From Lytechinus pictus (Eukaryota): 64,000 nucleotides of DNA. The translations under genes and the position numbers were made by a program. The stretch spans positions 15,254,001 to 15,318,000 of the forward strand of contig NC_087252.1 in the NCBI RefSeq assembly GCF_037042905.1, read 5' to 3'. Below the pieces are notes generated by a model. The model was given only the letters and a program-made list of their open reading frames with translations. It searched no databases and was not told the origin of the DNA. Below, in pieces: positions 12,935 to 26,198 of the stretch (position 1 is the first letter of the stretch; each line of letters begins with the position of its first letter).

Positions 12935-15900
12935 TTAATGACATATTTTAATTTGACATACATCAAAGAAGAATGAATTATTGTCAGAAAGGAAAAAAAA
13001 AATGTCAGAAAAGATACTTATCACCCCTTCAGGAAGTGGTTTTTAATAGATCAGGATTAGGCTACCTAGGATAAGAATGGATAGGTGTAGAAAGTCTTCT
13101 AAGTGCAATGAAAGCATAGCTACAGTGTAACCCACAAATTTGTAGATAATTGTTCCTGATGGTTTTTTTTACTCCTATTTGCTGTATGTCTCTCTCTCTC
13201 CCCCTATATACTCCTTCACTCTCTCTTTCTATTCCTCTTTCTCCACTCGTGAAGTTTAACTTATGCATGCAAACACGATAGTGATGAAAAATTCTAAATA
13301 TACGGTATGTGCAATAACAAGGAAATAACTAAAATGTACAATGTATAAGAGACTCATGTATTGAAATATCATTCCATTGAAATGTCATGTTTATCTTTCT
13401 TAGACATACTTCTCCCCTTTTTTTCCCCTTTTTCGCTCTTAATGCGCTACCAGTCACGATTCTTTGGCTCACTGTTGCCTTTTGGACCCAGAGAACAATG
13501 GATTCAGTGGACCGAATCTATTGTTCTGTGGTTTTGAGTTTGACAGGCACAGGTGGGTCAGGGGGCGTGACTGGTAGGGTAGTCCCTTTTCTCTGTTTTC
13601 TCTTTATCTCTTCCTTATCTTCCTTCTGTCTCCTTTCCTTATTTCTTTTTAACTTCTCCCTCTTTTATTCCCTTTCTGTTTGTCTCGTCTTTCCTCTGTT
13701 TCTGTCTTTCTCTTTCTTCCTATTTCTGCCACCTTTTTCTATGCTCTTTCCTCTCTCATGACGTTTTCAGTATGGTTGCTCTACTCCAACAACATTCACA
13801 ACTAACCAAATAACTCAAATATGCAATTTTTAGATTTAAAAAAAAATTGGATTAATTCATTTAATCACCTGGTTTATATATACATACATTGTAATTGTTG
13901 TCATGTACTAAGTCTTTAAGTTAGTTTTTACTAGTGGATTTTACTGTGGGGGCCAAGAGACATTGCATTGTTCATTTACTATTACATGTATGTTTTGAAT
14001 GACAGCATTACATTGAAATCATGAACCATTATAATACAATCAAATTTAATTGAACTGAATTTATTACCAATTCTCACTGTCAAGTACATTTACATGAAAA
14101 AATATATTTAAAAGATAGTACAAAGCATTTGGTAATTGGAGCTTAAAATGCTGATTGAGGTCATGCCCAAATAAATGTCATTTAATATTTTAAACAATTT
14201 AAACTAAATCACTATATTTGTACATTGAGTTCAGTACTAAACAGGTTTTGTAGGTAAAAACTTTACGACCGCAACAAGGTTTATTACTAACTCTACATAT
14301 CTCGGATAATAGCAGTCATCTCGAATGATTGTATTTACACTTTTTACAGAAAATATATCTTCATTGTTCACAAAATCTTTAGAGAATATATAGTTGTTAT
14401 GGGCAGTATATACAAACATCATATTAATTATATTTTGCCAGCAATATTATTTTGCGACTGGAATGTTTTTTATATCGCTTTGCAGATTATCCCATGAAGT
14501 AGTTTCCCCAAATTGCTTCAATTTTTGTCAAGATACACATTTTGCCTTTCTCTGTTTCTTGTCGTGTTGGGACAGTCGATGAATGAAAATATCAATAAAT
14601 CTATTCAGCGACCAAGTACTAATTAACGCTTGTATATAAGCTTGAAAATATCCAGTCCAGAGTGATAATTATGACAGTTGAATGTCATTACTCTCATTGT
14701 TTTTTTTATAAATTTAATAGTATAGAGTTCAGGATTGTTTAGTATATTCCACTCTAAACTTCCGGACCATCTTTTATTTGTGTTATATATGTACATGTAT
14801 ATGTTATAATAATAATAGAGGGTATTAAACTACGTGCATAATAGATAGTAATGATAATGATATACAAAATTTATAAAGCGCTTTATACAAAAGTGTTGAC
14901 AAAAGAAAAAAAAAATATATACAAGATATCTAGAACAAGAACAAGAAAGAAGACGAACATGAAAGCATCATTACCGGTACATTATAATGAGGCATATAAG
15001 TACAGAGATTATTGGTAAATGTACAACTTAAATACAAGGGGGTGATATGTTACTAAATTCAAATAATCCTGATAATTAAAAGAACATACTCCTACATGTA
15101 TTAAACTAAACACTATGATTTACAACTACTGTAGTTTTCTATGTGCTTAACAACTCTGAATAAACAAAATAGTACAATAATTTATCAGTTATATAACATG
15201 AATATAAACCAAATATATCATAATATAACAGATAAAAGGTGCAACTTGTGTATGAATGTTAACGACCTCAGCCTTATCAGCATTAACCTGCAACTTGAAC
15301 TTGGTAATGTATAAAAGGCCATGACACTTTCAAATAGGTATTAACTTTATTGGCTGTCTTCTGATCTCTTTCAGAGTATTGGAGCATTGCAAGAAACTTG
15401 CGAGCAATTGCAAGTCTATTTCCGTTCCCGAAATCAAGCATATGCCATGCAATTGTTTGCAAATTTGCAATTGATTGCTAATCTCTTCCATGAAACAAGG
15501 AGTGTAATATGATTTGCTGTATTTAAAAGTGATCAATCGTTTGTAAAATTGCAACAGAATATATATGCGATTGATTGCAAATGTTTTCTTGCAACGCCCC
15601 CTTAAATCTTGGTGTCATCAGAATAACACATTGCCATGTGCAGAAATGATGACAGCTATGGAAATACTATAGAGTCTATGTACAGCTGTGCTCGGAAGTT
15701 AGTGAACCCCACCAGAATATGAACACATTTAAAGTATTCAAGTTCTGCCATGTTTTGAATATTTAATTGTGAAGTCAGGTGATAAAATATCACATTCAAT
15801 AAAGTTTGTTTTCTCTGGGCTACATGTACATGTAGCTGAATATTGTGGTTATGTTGTCCCCATTGAACAAAAGACATATGGAAGTGCATTTTGAAGTGGG

Positions 15901-16145
15901 GTTCACTAACTCTCAAGCACAAGTGTATATATTCATTTCCATAAATAAATTCATAATGTTCCACATATTGGTATATGAAAATAAGAACAAAATGAAGAAG
16001 GACTCAAATTTGAGTGGTGAATGCCAATTCTAAAGGATTTTATCCTCCAAATTTTTAAGGGTCCTCCTCCCTTTATTTAGACTGACAAAGCAATAAAATG
16101 AATGCAAACACAATCTAAAGTGTATAGTTATACATGCATGTAGTA

Positions 16146-16412
16146 GAAGTGTTGTGGTTCAGTGGATTAGTCTCCGGAATTTGAACCACAAGGTCCGGAG
16201 TTCAAATCCCACCGCAGCACTCACGTCCTTTGGCATGGCATCTGTCTACATTTGCCACTCTTCACCCAGGTGTAGTAAATGGGTACCTGGTAGGAGGAAT
16301 TCCTTGAATGCTTGAGCATCCTATCAGGATAGCAGTGCTAAAGCCGGGTAATAGCATGCAGCGCTTATAAACATTTCTATTAAGTACTATAAAAAATGTT
16401 GCATATTATTAT
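16146..16412 (+). mobile_element. tRNA-derived SINE (co-duplicated copy at ~29207-29475)
   Basis: A/B boxes and cacccaggtgtagtaaatgggtacc core. Confidence 0.75.
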
Positions 16413-16578
16413 TATACATAATAATCACCATTACATTTTACCTTATATTAGACATAAATGAATCCAGGTGAGGGTGGGGGGTGCTAATGAAAATTAAACT
16501 CAAATGAAATTGAAGACAAACCATCGGTGTTTAATTTTCATTACGAACTGATCTTCATCTCTTGATAGTCTGGATGGT

Positions 16579-18255
16579 TTACGAGATAAATTCTTTATTG
16601 TAAGTATGGACCTTGTCCCCATCACAAACTACAAGGTTACCAGAAGGAGTAACAAGACAAGGCATGATGTAGTCACTGCGATCTGATTTCACGTATTGAA
16701 TGATCCTCCTTGCCTGGATGATACCATCACACGACACCGTATCAACTGCAACGGTTTTGGGAGTTTTATCTTGGTATGTGATGTAAAGAGTGTCCGTCAT
16801 TTTGTCAACCTGACACTGCGCCCAGTGCCACTCATCACAGCGAATGACAGCCTTCTTTTCTCCTGATCGTGAGATGATAGTAAATTCATCATAACAAGTC
16901 TTTACAACAATATCGCCTGATGACAAGGCTTGCATCCTGCCCAACACGATGAGTGGCATCGTAATAGTGTTTACGATCTTACCATCAGCGGGGTTGATGA
17001 CATAGAGACTAGACTGTTCGCACTGAGCAGCGAGGATCATCCCATCTCTATCAACATCAACATACACATCGGTATTGATTATGTAATTATCACCATTGTT
17101 CGGGATGCTGATCTCACTTATAACCTTCCATTCTCCGTCATGTCTATCATAAAGAGTTAAACATTCATACAAGCTGCCACTTTCGCCATTCAATTCCTCC
17201 TTACCACATACAATTATGTTGCTGTCAATGGGAGCAATTGATGTGATACTCATACGTGTTATCTGATCTCCATCAGTGACTTGGTGTGTGTTTCCAGTGC
17301 TCAAGTCTGTAATGTACATGTTATTTGTATCTCTGTCAAACACACAAATCTCGTCATCACTGATCAAACCATGCATTACCGGTTGATTAACAACAAATGG
17401 AATGTGAATTGATTTTACTAACTTACACCAGTTACATGTAAATCTGATTTTGTATTCTTCATCATCTCCATCGTCGGTAAATTCGACTTTCCAAACTTCT
17501 CTCTGTATTCTGTCAAGACAATCGCTAACGTCTTGGTGAACGTTCAAACTTAAATTTTCATCGATAGATGTGAGTACTTGAGGAGCTTCATTCACCAATG
17601 TTTCATCATTCTGCTTTATGCGTGTGATGGTTGATTCAATATTCTTAACAATTTCAATTTCATGTTGATTCTTACTTGTGAGTTCTCTAATCTTATTTGA
17701 AACTAATTCTCTGATAGTCTTTACATCTGCTAAGAGGCTTGCTTCTTTATCTCTTTTGTGCTGTAGCTCTTTCTCTATTTCAGTGTTACATGCCGTGATC
17801 TGCTTTTCTCTCCTTTCATTTATTAGTCTAATTTCCTCATCTGCTTCCAGATTTATCCTCCTAATCTTTTGGATCTCCTTATCCTTTGTACTTTTTAACG
17901 AGCCTTGAATTACAACTTGAATTTCATCATTGACAGCATTCAGGTGGTCGTTTGAAGATGTTTCAATGCATGCTAGTTTGGAATGCAAATTAGCTAATTT
18001 TTTGTTGGCTTCATCTATGTTTGGCTTTTTCTCATCCAGCTTTTTCCTGCTCTCGAGGATGACATCCTCGATGTCATCGAGCTCACATGGTTTCTGACTG
18101 TGATCTTTGGTAGCGCAAGGATGGCAAACGGGAATTTTATGTTTCTTACAGTAGAATTTGATTGGCTCACCGTGCTTGTCACATGACCACGTCATGTCAT
18201 GACCTTTCCTCTGTCGTAGCTGACTCAAGTTGTCTTGTGGAAACTTTGATGCCAT
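16579..18255 (-). CDS. B-box zinc finger / coiled-coil / beta-propeller (NHL-like) TRIM-related protein, copy 1, nested antisense in AMPD intron
   Basis: Uninterrupted ~558-aa ORF from MASKF (an alternative in-frame ATG lies at 18282); CDKH..FYCKKH..VCHPC..H B-box, helical charged region, then beta-rich repeats; no RING visible. Confidence 0.85.
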   Translation of the reverse strand: MASKFPQDNLSQLRQRKGHDMTWSCDKHGEPIKFYCKKHKIPVCHPCATKDHSQKPCELDDIEDVILESRKKLDEKKPNIDEANKKLANLHSKLACIETSSNDHLNAVNDEIQVVIQGSLKSTKDKEIQKIRRINLEADEEIRLINERREKQITACNTEIEKELQHKRDKEASLLADVKTIRELVSNKIRELTSKNQHEIEIVKNIESTITRIKQNDETLVNEAPQVLTSIDENLSLNVHQDVSDCLDRIQREVWKVEFTDDGDDEEYKIRFTCNWCKLVKSIHIPFVVNQPVMHGLISDDEICVFDRDTNNMYITDLSTGNTHQVTDGDQITRMSITSIAPIDSNIIVCGKEELNGESGSLYECLTLYDRHDGEWKVISEISIPNNGDNYIINTDVYVDVDRDGMILAAQCEQSSLYVINPADGKIVNTITMPLIVLGRMQALSSGDIVVKTCYDEFTIISRSGEKKAVIRCDEWHWAQCQVDKMTDTLYITYQDKTPKTVAVDTVSCDGIIQARRIIQYVKSDRSDYIMPCLVTPSGNLVVCDGDKVHTYNKEFIS

Positions 18256-18324
18256 GGTACAGAGATGGTTAACTCCAGACATAAAATGGAAAATGAGCCT
18301 GAAAGAGAAATGCAGATTCTCATT

Positions 18325-19151
18325 CAGGGTTTGCCGATTTTAATCATGTTGATTTAAATCATGATTTAAATTTCAATTTAAATCAACAAATATGTTGAAT
18401 TGAGTGCCATAATACACAAAATCTGCATTGTCCCATGTTTTATCCTACAGTTTAACATTTTATTCTTTTACATGAATTTAAAGCTTTAGTGTTCTTATTC
18501 TTTGTAAAAAAACTGCTAAGAACTGCCAAATACTAACTTCAGGTTTATTGTACTAAAATAAATAATTCAAATAAACTTGCAACTTTTTTCCCAATAAGTC
18601 ACAGCTTTGCAAATCAATGCTTTAAACAGTCAAAAAGCTCCTTCCATGGCTCAAATAACATAGGAGGTTTATACAAACAAAAGAAATGTAGTTTTCTTTA
18701 ACACATGATTTCCAGTCCTTGGCTTGAAAATCAAGAATGTTTCTCTTTGGAGAATGTGAGTCTCTGAGTCATGGAATTGATCCAAAGAAACTGATCCTCA
18801 TTTCATGTTAAGAGTTTTCAATAGGAACACTAACTTTGCAGTATTAGCTGTACCAAGGTGATTCCTCAACTTAGACCAAACCAATCAGTAGGAGCTAAAT
18901 ACCCTACACGAGAGGATGCAGAAAACAGCATTTTCATCATGACTTAGATATTCTATATGAATTCTATTTTGACTGGATTTAATTATGAAAAATTTTTGAA
19001 AATGATGTCAGTGTAAGGGTAATATTTTTGGTGTTTCCACTTTGTTTTAAAAACTGTTGTTTAAAAAATAAGAAATGTAAACAAGAATCAGATAAAAAAA
19101 ATTATTTAAACCAAATAAATCTTATTCTTTAAACAAAAAATGCCAACCTTG
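18325..19151. mobile_element. hAT-like non-autonomous element in the 5' intron of B-box copy 1
   Basis: cagggtttgcc...gccaaccttg ends; absent at the homologous site (~31410) of unit 2; degenerate 8-bp TSD. Confidence 0.65.
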
Positions 19152-19351
19152 TGCTTCTTGAATCAATGCAAAAACTCTCAAACAATATAGATGAACAAAT
19201 GAAGGAGGTAGCAATTAGCAATATACTCTCAACTAAAATGACCTTATTTCACTACGATTTATCAGGGTTTTTATTGTTGTAAATGCAACATTGTGTAAAA
19301 ATGTCTGTTCCTGAATACATCAAGCTTTAAATAAAGGGGGAAACCACTTAC

Positions 19352-19440
19352 TTTCTTAGTTCTTTATTTGATCTGTCAAGGGCACCCGGTCCAATTTAGC
19401 CTTTCGCAGTCTTGCTTGAAAAATACTCCACACTACATAA
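19352..19440 (-). other. Putative 5' non-coding exon of B-box gene copy 1
   Basis: Minus-strand GTAAGTG donor (cacttac 19345-19351) conserved with copy 2; 5' limit approximate. Confidence 0.5.
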
Positions 19441-19890
19441 TGCATCAGAGATCCCATGTATGATAATGTACAAGTCTGTGAGATACACTACATGTACCAG
19501 TCATAATTCTTTGACTCACTAAACATGTTAAAACCAGAGAACATTTGATTCAGTGGACTGTATCCCTCATTTTAACAGGTAATATTGAGTCAAAGAATTG
19601 TGCCACCACCAATGTCTGCTCACTTTTTTTACTTTTGCTTTTGACTGAGAGGAATTATTGCAGTGCCCTTTTAAACTTTGATCAGTTTCTTTTGTCAGTT
19701 TACATTGAACTTGGGGATGATCAAATGCTGTTCGTCTCTCAGGGTTTTTTAGAATACATCATTAGTACACTGTAATAAGCCAAATGTATTTCCGGGTCTA
19801 GGGTATTATACCATGTTAGTAAAAATAATCCTTGACACCTTACATAACCCAAAATTAAGAAATATATAATTCATAAATGCATGGTCATTA

Positions 19891-20379
19891 TATATGGCCG
19901 GAATTAGTAACTTCTCCCAAATAATTTGATGCTATATGCAGTATGTCTTCGTGCTTGGATGATCAGTAGGTATTCTTTTCAGTGATGTAAATTTTGATTT
20001 GCACCAAAGTCAGGCATGACTACATTGAATGAACCCCAGATGCTAATGATGTCATAATCCTACATGAGTTAATAAACCTATTTGCAACTCCCTTTTCAAT
20101 GAAATTAACTTGAGAATTGATACTAAGAACTAGAAGTGTTTATTAAACACTTATAATGTGAATTACTGAAAAAGTTTGTTGAAATTTATTTTAATGCAAC
20201 ACTGTAGGATTATGACATCATTGACATCTGGATTCATTCATTGCAGTGATGCCTTACTTTGGCGCAAATCAAAATTTACGTCAATGAAAAGAATACCTCC
20301 TGATCACCGAAGCATTAACACATACGGCAGAAATATGGTCTCAAATTATTTGGGAGAACATACTCGTTCAGGTGATATA
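19891..20379. mobile_element. Long-palindrome MITE
   Basis: ttctcccaaataatttga / tcaaattatttgggagaa and further inverted matches. Confidence 0.6.
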
Positions 20380-20587
20380 CAATAATTATGTGTTGATTAC
20401 ATATTTTTTCCTTTTTAATAATTTTTTTTTAATTACACAGTTGTTTTCACTTCGATAATCTAGAGGGATTACATGTATATGCCTTGACATAAGTTTCAAT
20501 TTGTTTCTTCACGAAAGAAGGCACAACTGCAATAAATGAATTCAGCCATTGAAGTCATGATCATACAACTTCATTGCAAAATATATT

Positions 20588-21085
20588 TGTGCTAGAGATA
20601 ACCCTGTTCATATATTTCTATTGTGTTAGAGAATGCCCTGTTCATATATTTATATTGTGCTAGAGAATGCCCTGTTCATATCTTTATATTGTGCTAGAGA
20701 TTGCCCTTTTCATATCTTTATATTGTGTTAGAGATTTCCCTGTTCATATCTTTATATTGTGTTAGAGAATGCCCTGTTCATATCTTTATATCGTGTTAGA
20801 GATTGCCCTGTTCATATCTTTATATTGTGTTAGAGATTGCCCTGTTCATATTTTGATATTGTGTTAGGGATTGCACCGTTCATATTTTTATATTGTGTTA
20901 GAGATTTCCCCGTTCATATCTTTATATTGTGTTAGAGATTGCCCTGTTCATATTTTGATATTGTGTTAGGGATTGCACCGTTCATATTTTTATATTGTGT
21001 TAGAGATTGCCCTGTTCATATCTTTATATTGTGTTAGGGATTGCCCCGTTCATATTTTTATAGAGATTGCCCTGTTCATATATTT
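20588..21085. repeat. 34-bp minisatellite (tattgtgttagagattgccctgttcatatcttta), about 14 copies
   Basis: Direct periodicity; degenerate homolog at 36297-36575. Confidence 0.9.
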
Positions 21086-21427
21086 ATATCATTATATGTG
21101 AGTTGGTTTCCACTTGATATCTGGAAATATTAACCAGATATTAAAAATGTTTGGTGTCTGGGTAGATGACACCAAAATTTTGGTGTGTTCTACCCAGACA
21201 CCAAACTACAGGTTAAGTTTGAAATCAGAGCCCACAGGTCAAAGCTCATTATGTATGCAAGTTGGTTTCTTAATGGTAACTAAAGGAAATAATCAACCGA
21301 TTAAGAAAATTATTGGTGTATGTAGGTTTCTGCACAATATTAAGTTCAATCATATTGAATGAATTTCTGATCGTGTTAAGCAGGGGTGTTTGTGTCAAAT
21401 TTCTAGTTTTCCCTTTTTCGCGCTTAA

Positions 21428-22010
21428 AGGAGAAGGAAACCCTTGAAACCAGCTGAATCCATATCAAAGAGAAAAATCAAAGAAACATATTGTTGAAAGT
21501 TTGAGGAAGATTGAATGAATAATAAGAAAGTTATGAGCATTTGAATATTGAGATCACTAGTGCCATGTAGATCCTCCCATCGGCAATGCGACCAAGATCT
21601 GTGATATCACACACGTACAACTCCCTCATTACTTTAGTACTTATTTCACTTATATTCTCACTTTTATAGAGTCTATCACAAGGTGAGGTGTTCTCTTTAT
21701 GAGATGATAAGTACAGAGGTTTCACAACATTATATCATTGATGAATCGTTTGTCATATGATTAGAATGAGCAAAAAGAGATGTTTTGGGGTATATTTTCA
21801 GTATCCAAATGGGAGAGTTGTACGTGTGTGACATCACAGATCTTGGTCGCATTGCCAATGGGAGGATCTCCATAGCATTAGTGATCTCGACATTCAAATG
21901 CTCATAACTCTTTTATTGCTAGTCCTATTTTACTCAAACTTTTGTTGATCTTATTCTTTGATTTTTCTGCTTTCACAAAAGCTAACTTGCTCCAAGAGTT
22001 TCATTCTCCT
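21428..22010. mobile_element. Kolobok/T2-like MITE, inverted near-identical copy of 12351-12934
   Basis: TTAA TSD; empty site (ctcttaatg) at ~13437 in duplication unit 1. Confidence 0.85.
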
Positions 22011-22440
22011 TTAATGTCCGACCAGTCACGATTCTTAGGCTCATTCTTGCCTATTGGACCCAGAGAACAATGGATTAAGTGGACCGAATCTATTGTTCTT
22101 TGGTTTTGAGTTTGACAGTTACAGGTGGGTCAGGGGGCATGACTGGTAGTGTAGTCCCTTATCTCTGTTTTCTCTTTATCTCTTCCTTCTGTCTCCTTTC
22201 CTTATTTCTTTTTAACTTCTCCCTCTTTTATTCCCTTTCTGTTTGTCTTATCTTTCCTCTGTTTCTTTCTCTCTCTTTCTTCCTATTTCTGCCACCCTTA
22301 TCTATATTATTTCCTCTCTCATGACGCTTTCAGTATGGTTGCTCTACTCCAACAGCCACAAATAACCAAATAACTCAAATATGCAATTTTTATATTTTTT
22401 TAAAAATCTGGATTAAGTTAGTTCATCACCTAGTTTATAT

Positions 22441-22833
22441 GGTTACACTTCGTAATTCCGAAGATTCTTTATTCCGAAGGTTCGTAATTCCGAAACATGT
22501 AAATTGCCTATACCTTGATGTTCGTTAATCTGAAAACGAAAAAGGGTTCGTTAATCTGAATATTTGTGGCCTAATTCCGAAGGTTCGTTAATCCGAAAAC
22601 GAAATGAGGTCCGTAATTCTGAAGGTTCGTTAGTCTGAAAATGAAATGAACAACAAACCTCATTTTGTTATCGGATAAACGAAACTTCAGAACAACGTAC
22701 CTTATTTCGTTTTCGGATTATCGCACCTTCGCAACAACGAACCTCATTTCGTTTTCGGATTGCCGAACTTTCGGAACAACGAACCTTATTTCACTTTCGG
22801 AATAACGAACCTTCAGAATTATGAATGTATACA
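22441..22833. mobile_element. MITE with internal ttcgtaattccgaa repeats
   Basis: Inverted subterminal repeats; 9-bp TSD Rgtttatat; empty site at ~13871. Confidence 0.7.
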
Positions 22834-22845
22834 GGTTTATATATA

Positions 22846-23715
22846 GGGGAAGGCGGGGTAAGTTGAGCATATAGGGGCAAGTTGAGCCACCACCCCCAGG
22901 CAAATAATGAATGAGTCAGACATTATGGTGGTGTCATGTATTGATGACCCATTACATAACCCTTAACCCCACCACATTGTTTTCAACTTTGAAACAAAAA
23001 GTACTTTTTTAGAGGGAAAAATACAAATTTCAGCCAAAAAAGTAAAAAGGGTGTGAAATCGGTCATTGCTTTTTACACACACACGTCTTTAAATATAATA
23101 AAGAAATTAAAACAATAATGTTTGTCCAGGTATAGATTCTCATTCGTGTAATGGTCTTTTACAAGATGGATGCATAAAAAATGTGTCGATGTGAAATTAT
23201 TGCATGAAGTTCAGAATGGGGTAAGTTGAGCCAACCAACATGGGGCAAGTTGAGCCATGGTAATTCTTATGGTAATGTGTAATAAGAAAAACAAGCAAAC
23301 CTTAAAAGCCATTGATGTGCAGGCAGAAAGGAGCAAATTCACATGACAGTTCTTTTACTTATAGAGGATGTTAGTATTTACAGCGAATTAGTACATGTAA
23401 GTGAAAAGACTTTAAATAAAAAAAATGACATGCTGGTTCTTTCCGCATAGATTTTGTACATAGTTTTTGTGGCTCAACTTACCCATAAGAAGGGCACAAC
23501 TTACCCCATATATGGGGCAAGTTGAGCCATTTGACATCATTTTTTCCAAGGTCACATTGACTTTAAGTGTGGGGGTAGAAAGTTATATATATAGGTGAAA
23601 AATATTTCCCAAGAATCAAATTTAAAGGCAAGGTACTTAGTTCTACAATATTATTGGTCAAATCAATTCTAACATGCAAAATGCAAAAAGTGTCACAACT
23701 TACCCCGCCTTCCCC
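22846..23715. mobile_element. pogo-like MITE
   Basis: TIR ggggaaggcggggtaagttg; TA TSD. Confidence 0.8.
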
Positions 23716-25754
23716 TACATAATTGTTGTCATGTACCTTTCTAAGTCTTTAACTTTGTTTTTACTGTGGGGACTAAGAGGCATTACATCTTTCATTTACT
23801 ATTATGTTTTGAATGACAGCATTACATTGAAATCATGAACCATTATAACACAATTAAATTTAATTGAACTGAATTTATTACCGATTCTCACTGTCAAGTA
23901 CATTTACATGAAAAAATAGTAAAAGGAAAAGGCATTTGGTAGTTGGAGCTTAACATGCTGATTGAGGTCATGCCCAAATTAATGTCATTTAGTATTTTAA
24001 ACAATTTAAACTAAATCACAATATTTGTACATTGAGTTCAGTACTAAACAAGTTGTTTAGGTAAACACTTTACTCCCACAACAAGGTATGATACTAACTC
24101 TACATATTGATTTGGATAATTGCAGTCATCTTGAATGATTGTATGTACACTTTTTACAGAAAATATATCTTCATTGTTCACAAAATCTTTAGAGAATATA
24201 TATTTGTTTTGGGCAGTATATACAAACATCATATTAATTATATTTTGCCAGCAGCATTATATTGCGACTGGGGATGTTTTTGATATCGCTTTGCAGATTA
24301 TCCCATGAAGTAGTTTCCCCAAATTGCTGTTATTTTGTCAAGGTACACATTTTGCCTTTCTCTGTTTCTTGTTGTGTTGGGACGGTCGATGAATGAAAAT
24401 ATCAATAAATCTATGCAGCAACCAGTTACTAATTGCATGTATACTCCTAGCAAATATTGGTGTTGTTTGAAATATCCAGTATTTTGAGATCATTAGTTAA
24501 ATGTCATTACTCTTGCTTTCTCTGTTGACGTAAGAATGTAGAGTTCAGGGTTGTTTTGTGTATGCCACCCTAAACTTCCAGACCATCTTTGATTTGTGTT
24601 ATATACATGTACATGTATGTACATACACGTATATGTTAACAATAATACATGTAATAATATAGGGTATTTATAACGTGCATAATAGCTAGTAATGATAATG
24701 TTATACAAAATTTATAAAGTGCTTTATACAAAAGAATTAAAAATGATAGAAATAATATATATTACATGCATAAGATATATATAACAACAAACAATTCAAA
24801 AGTGAAAGCATCATTACATTTGATTAGGCATACAAATACAGAGATCATCTGTAAATTATATACAACGGGTCGGTACGTGACTGAATTAAAATAATCCTGA
24901 TAAATAAGAACATATACTACTGTAAATCTAAACACTATGATTTACACCGACTAGCTTTCTATGTGCAATTCTGAATAAACAGAATTGTGCAAAAATTTAT
25001 TAGTAACATAACATTTATATAAGCCAAATATATTTCATTTATTTGTCGTTTTATTTTAACAGGGTAGCCCTTTCAGTTACAAGAACTGCTCGACCAAGGG
25101 GCCCTCTATCAATAGAGATTAACAACATAACAAAATAATATCACATAAAAATTGTCAACGAAACGAACAATGAGAAAGAAGAATGTAATACATGTACATA
25201 AAAGTAAACATAAATCAAAATCACTTATAAACTTATAACAACAGAAAGTAACAGAAAGTATTCATGGAAATCTTAAATATAACATAATATAACTCAATAT
25301 ATCAGATAAATGGTGCATCTTGTTTATGAATGCTAACGACCTCAGCTTTATCAGCATCTACCTGCAACTTGAACTTGTTAATGTATAAAAGCCCATGACA
25401 CTGTCTTTCAAGTAGTTATTAACTTTAATGGCTGTCTTCTGATTACTTTCAGAGTAATGGAGCGTTGCACGAAACTTGCGAGCAATTGCAAGTCTATTTC
25501 CGTTCCCGAAATCAAGCATATGCTGCGCGATTGTTTGCAAATTTGCGATTGATTGCTCCATAAAACAAGGAGTGTAATCTGATTTGCTGTATTTAAAAGT
25601 GATCAATCAATGGTAAAATTGCAACAAATATTTGCTATTGATTGCAAATATTTTCTTGCAACGGCCCCCTTAATTCTGGGTGTCAACAGAATAACACATC
25701 TCCCATGTGCAGAAATGATGACAGCTTTGGAAAGCTGTGCTCAGAAGTTAGATA

Positions 25755-26165
25755 GATTGATAGATTTTATTTCTCATGATAGAAACAATACAGAATATAT
25801 ACATTCAAACAATAAAAACATAATAATTGAATCAATAATATAGTACATATGTATATGAATTTGAAATCATGAAACTTTTGATGTAAGAGAAATATGGGAA
25901 AAACCCCAAAAGCTACAAGGAGCTTGAAAGGGGTTATCTCAGTTCCAGAATACAATTGCGAAATACATATACATAACATAATTTACAAAGAAAGCACAAT
26001 TATAATGTAACTTGCCCAAGAGAAATCCTTAACTACCCCCCCCCTTACATAACCAAAAGTTGCATTTCTTCCGACTAATATTTAGCTAGAATCTGATTTT
26101 TTAATTTCCTTTTAAATGTTGATAAGAATGAAGATTGTTTGATCACACTGGGAAGTCGGTGCCAT
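25755..26165 (-). mobile_element. 5'-truncated LINE (CR1/L2-like) 3' end
   Basis: Minus strand encodes WHRLPSVIKQSSFLSTFKRKLKNQILAKY*, resembling an ORF2 C-terminus; absent from unit 1. Confidence 0.6.
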
Positions 26166-26198
26166 CGTGAACCCCACCAGAATATGAACACATTCATA

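Larger units (their letters stand above)
13425..21090. repeat. Intronic tandem segmental duplication, unit 1
   Basis: Colinear with 21410-36575 (e.g. cagtcacgattct..gacccagagaacaatggatt at ~13451 and ~22023); both units end in the same 34-bp repeat. Confidence 0.85.

Noticed and set aside
20588..21085. CRISPR-like regular repeats
   Set aside because: Head-to-tail 34-bp units without unique spacers, eukaryotic context, no cas genes
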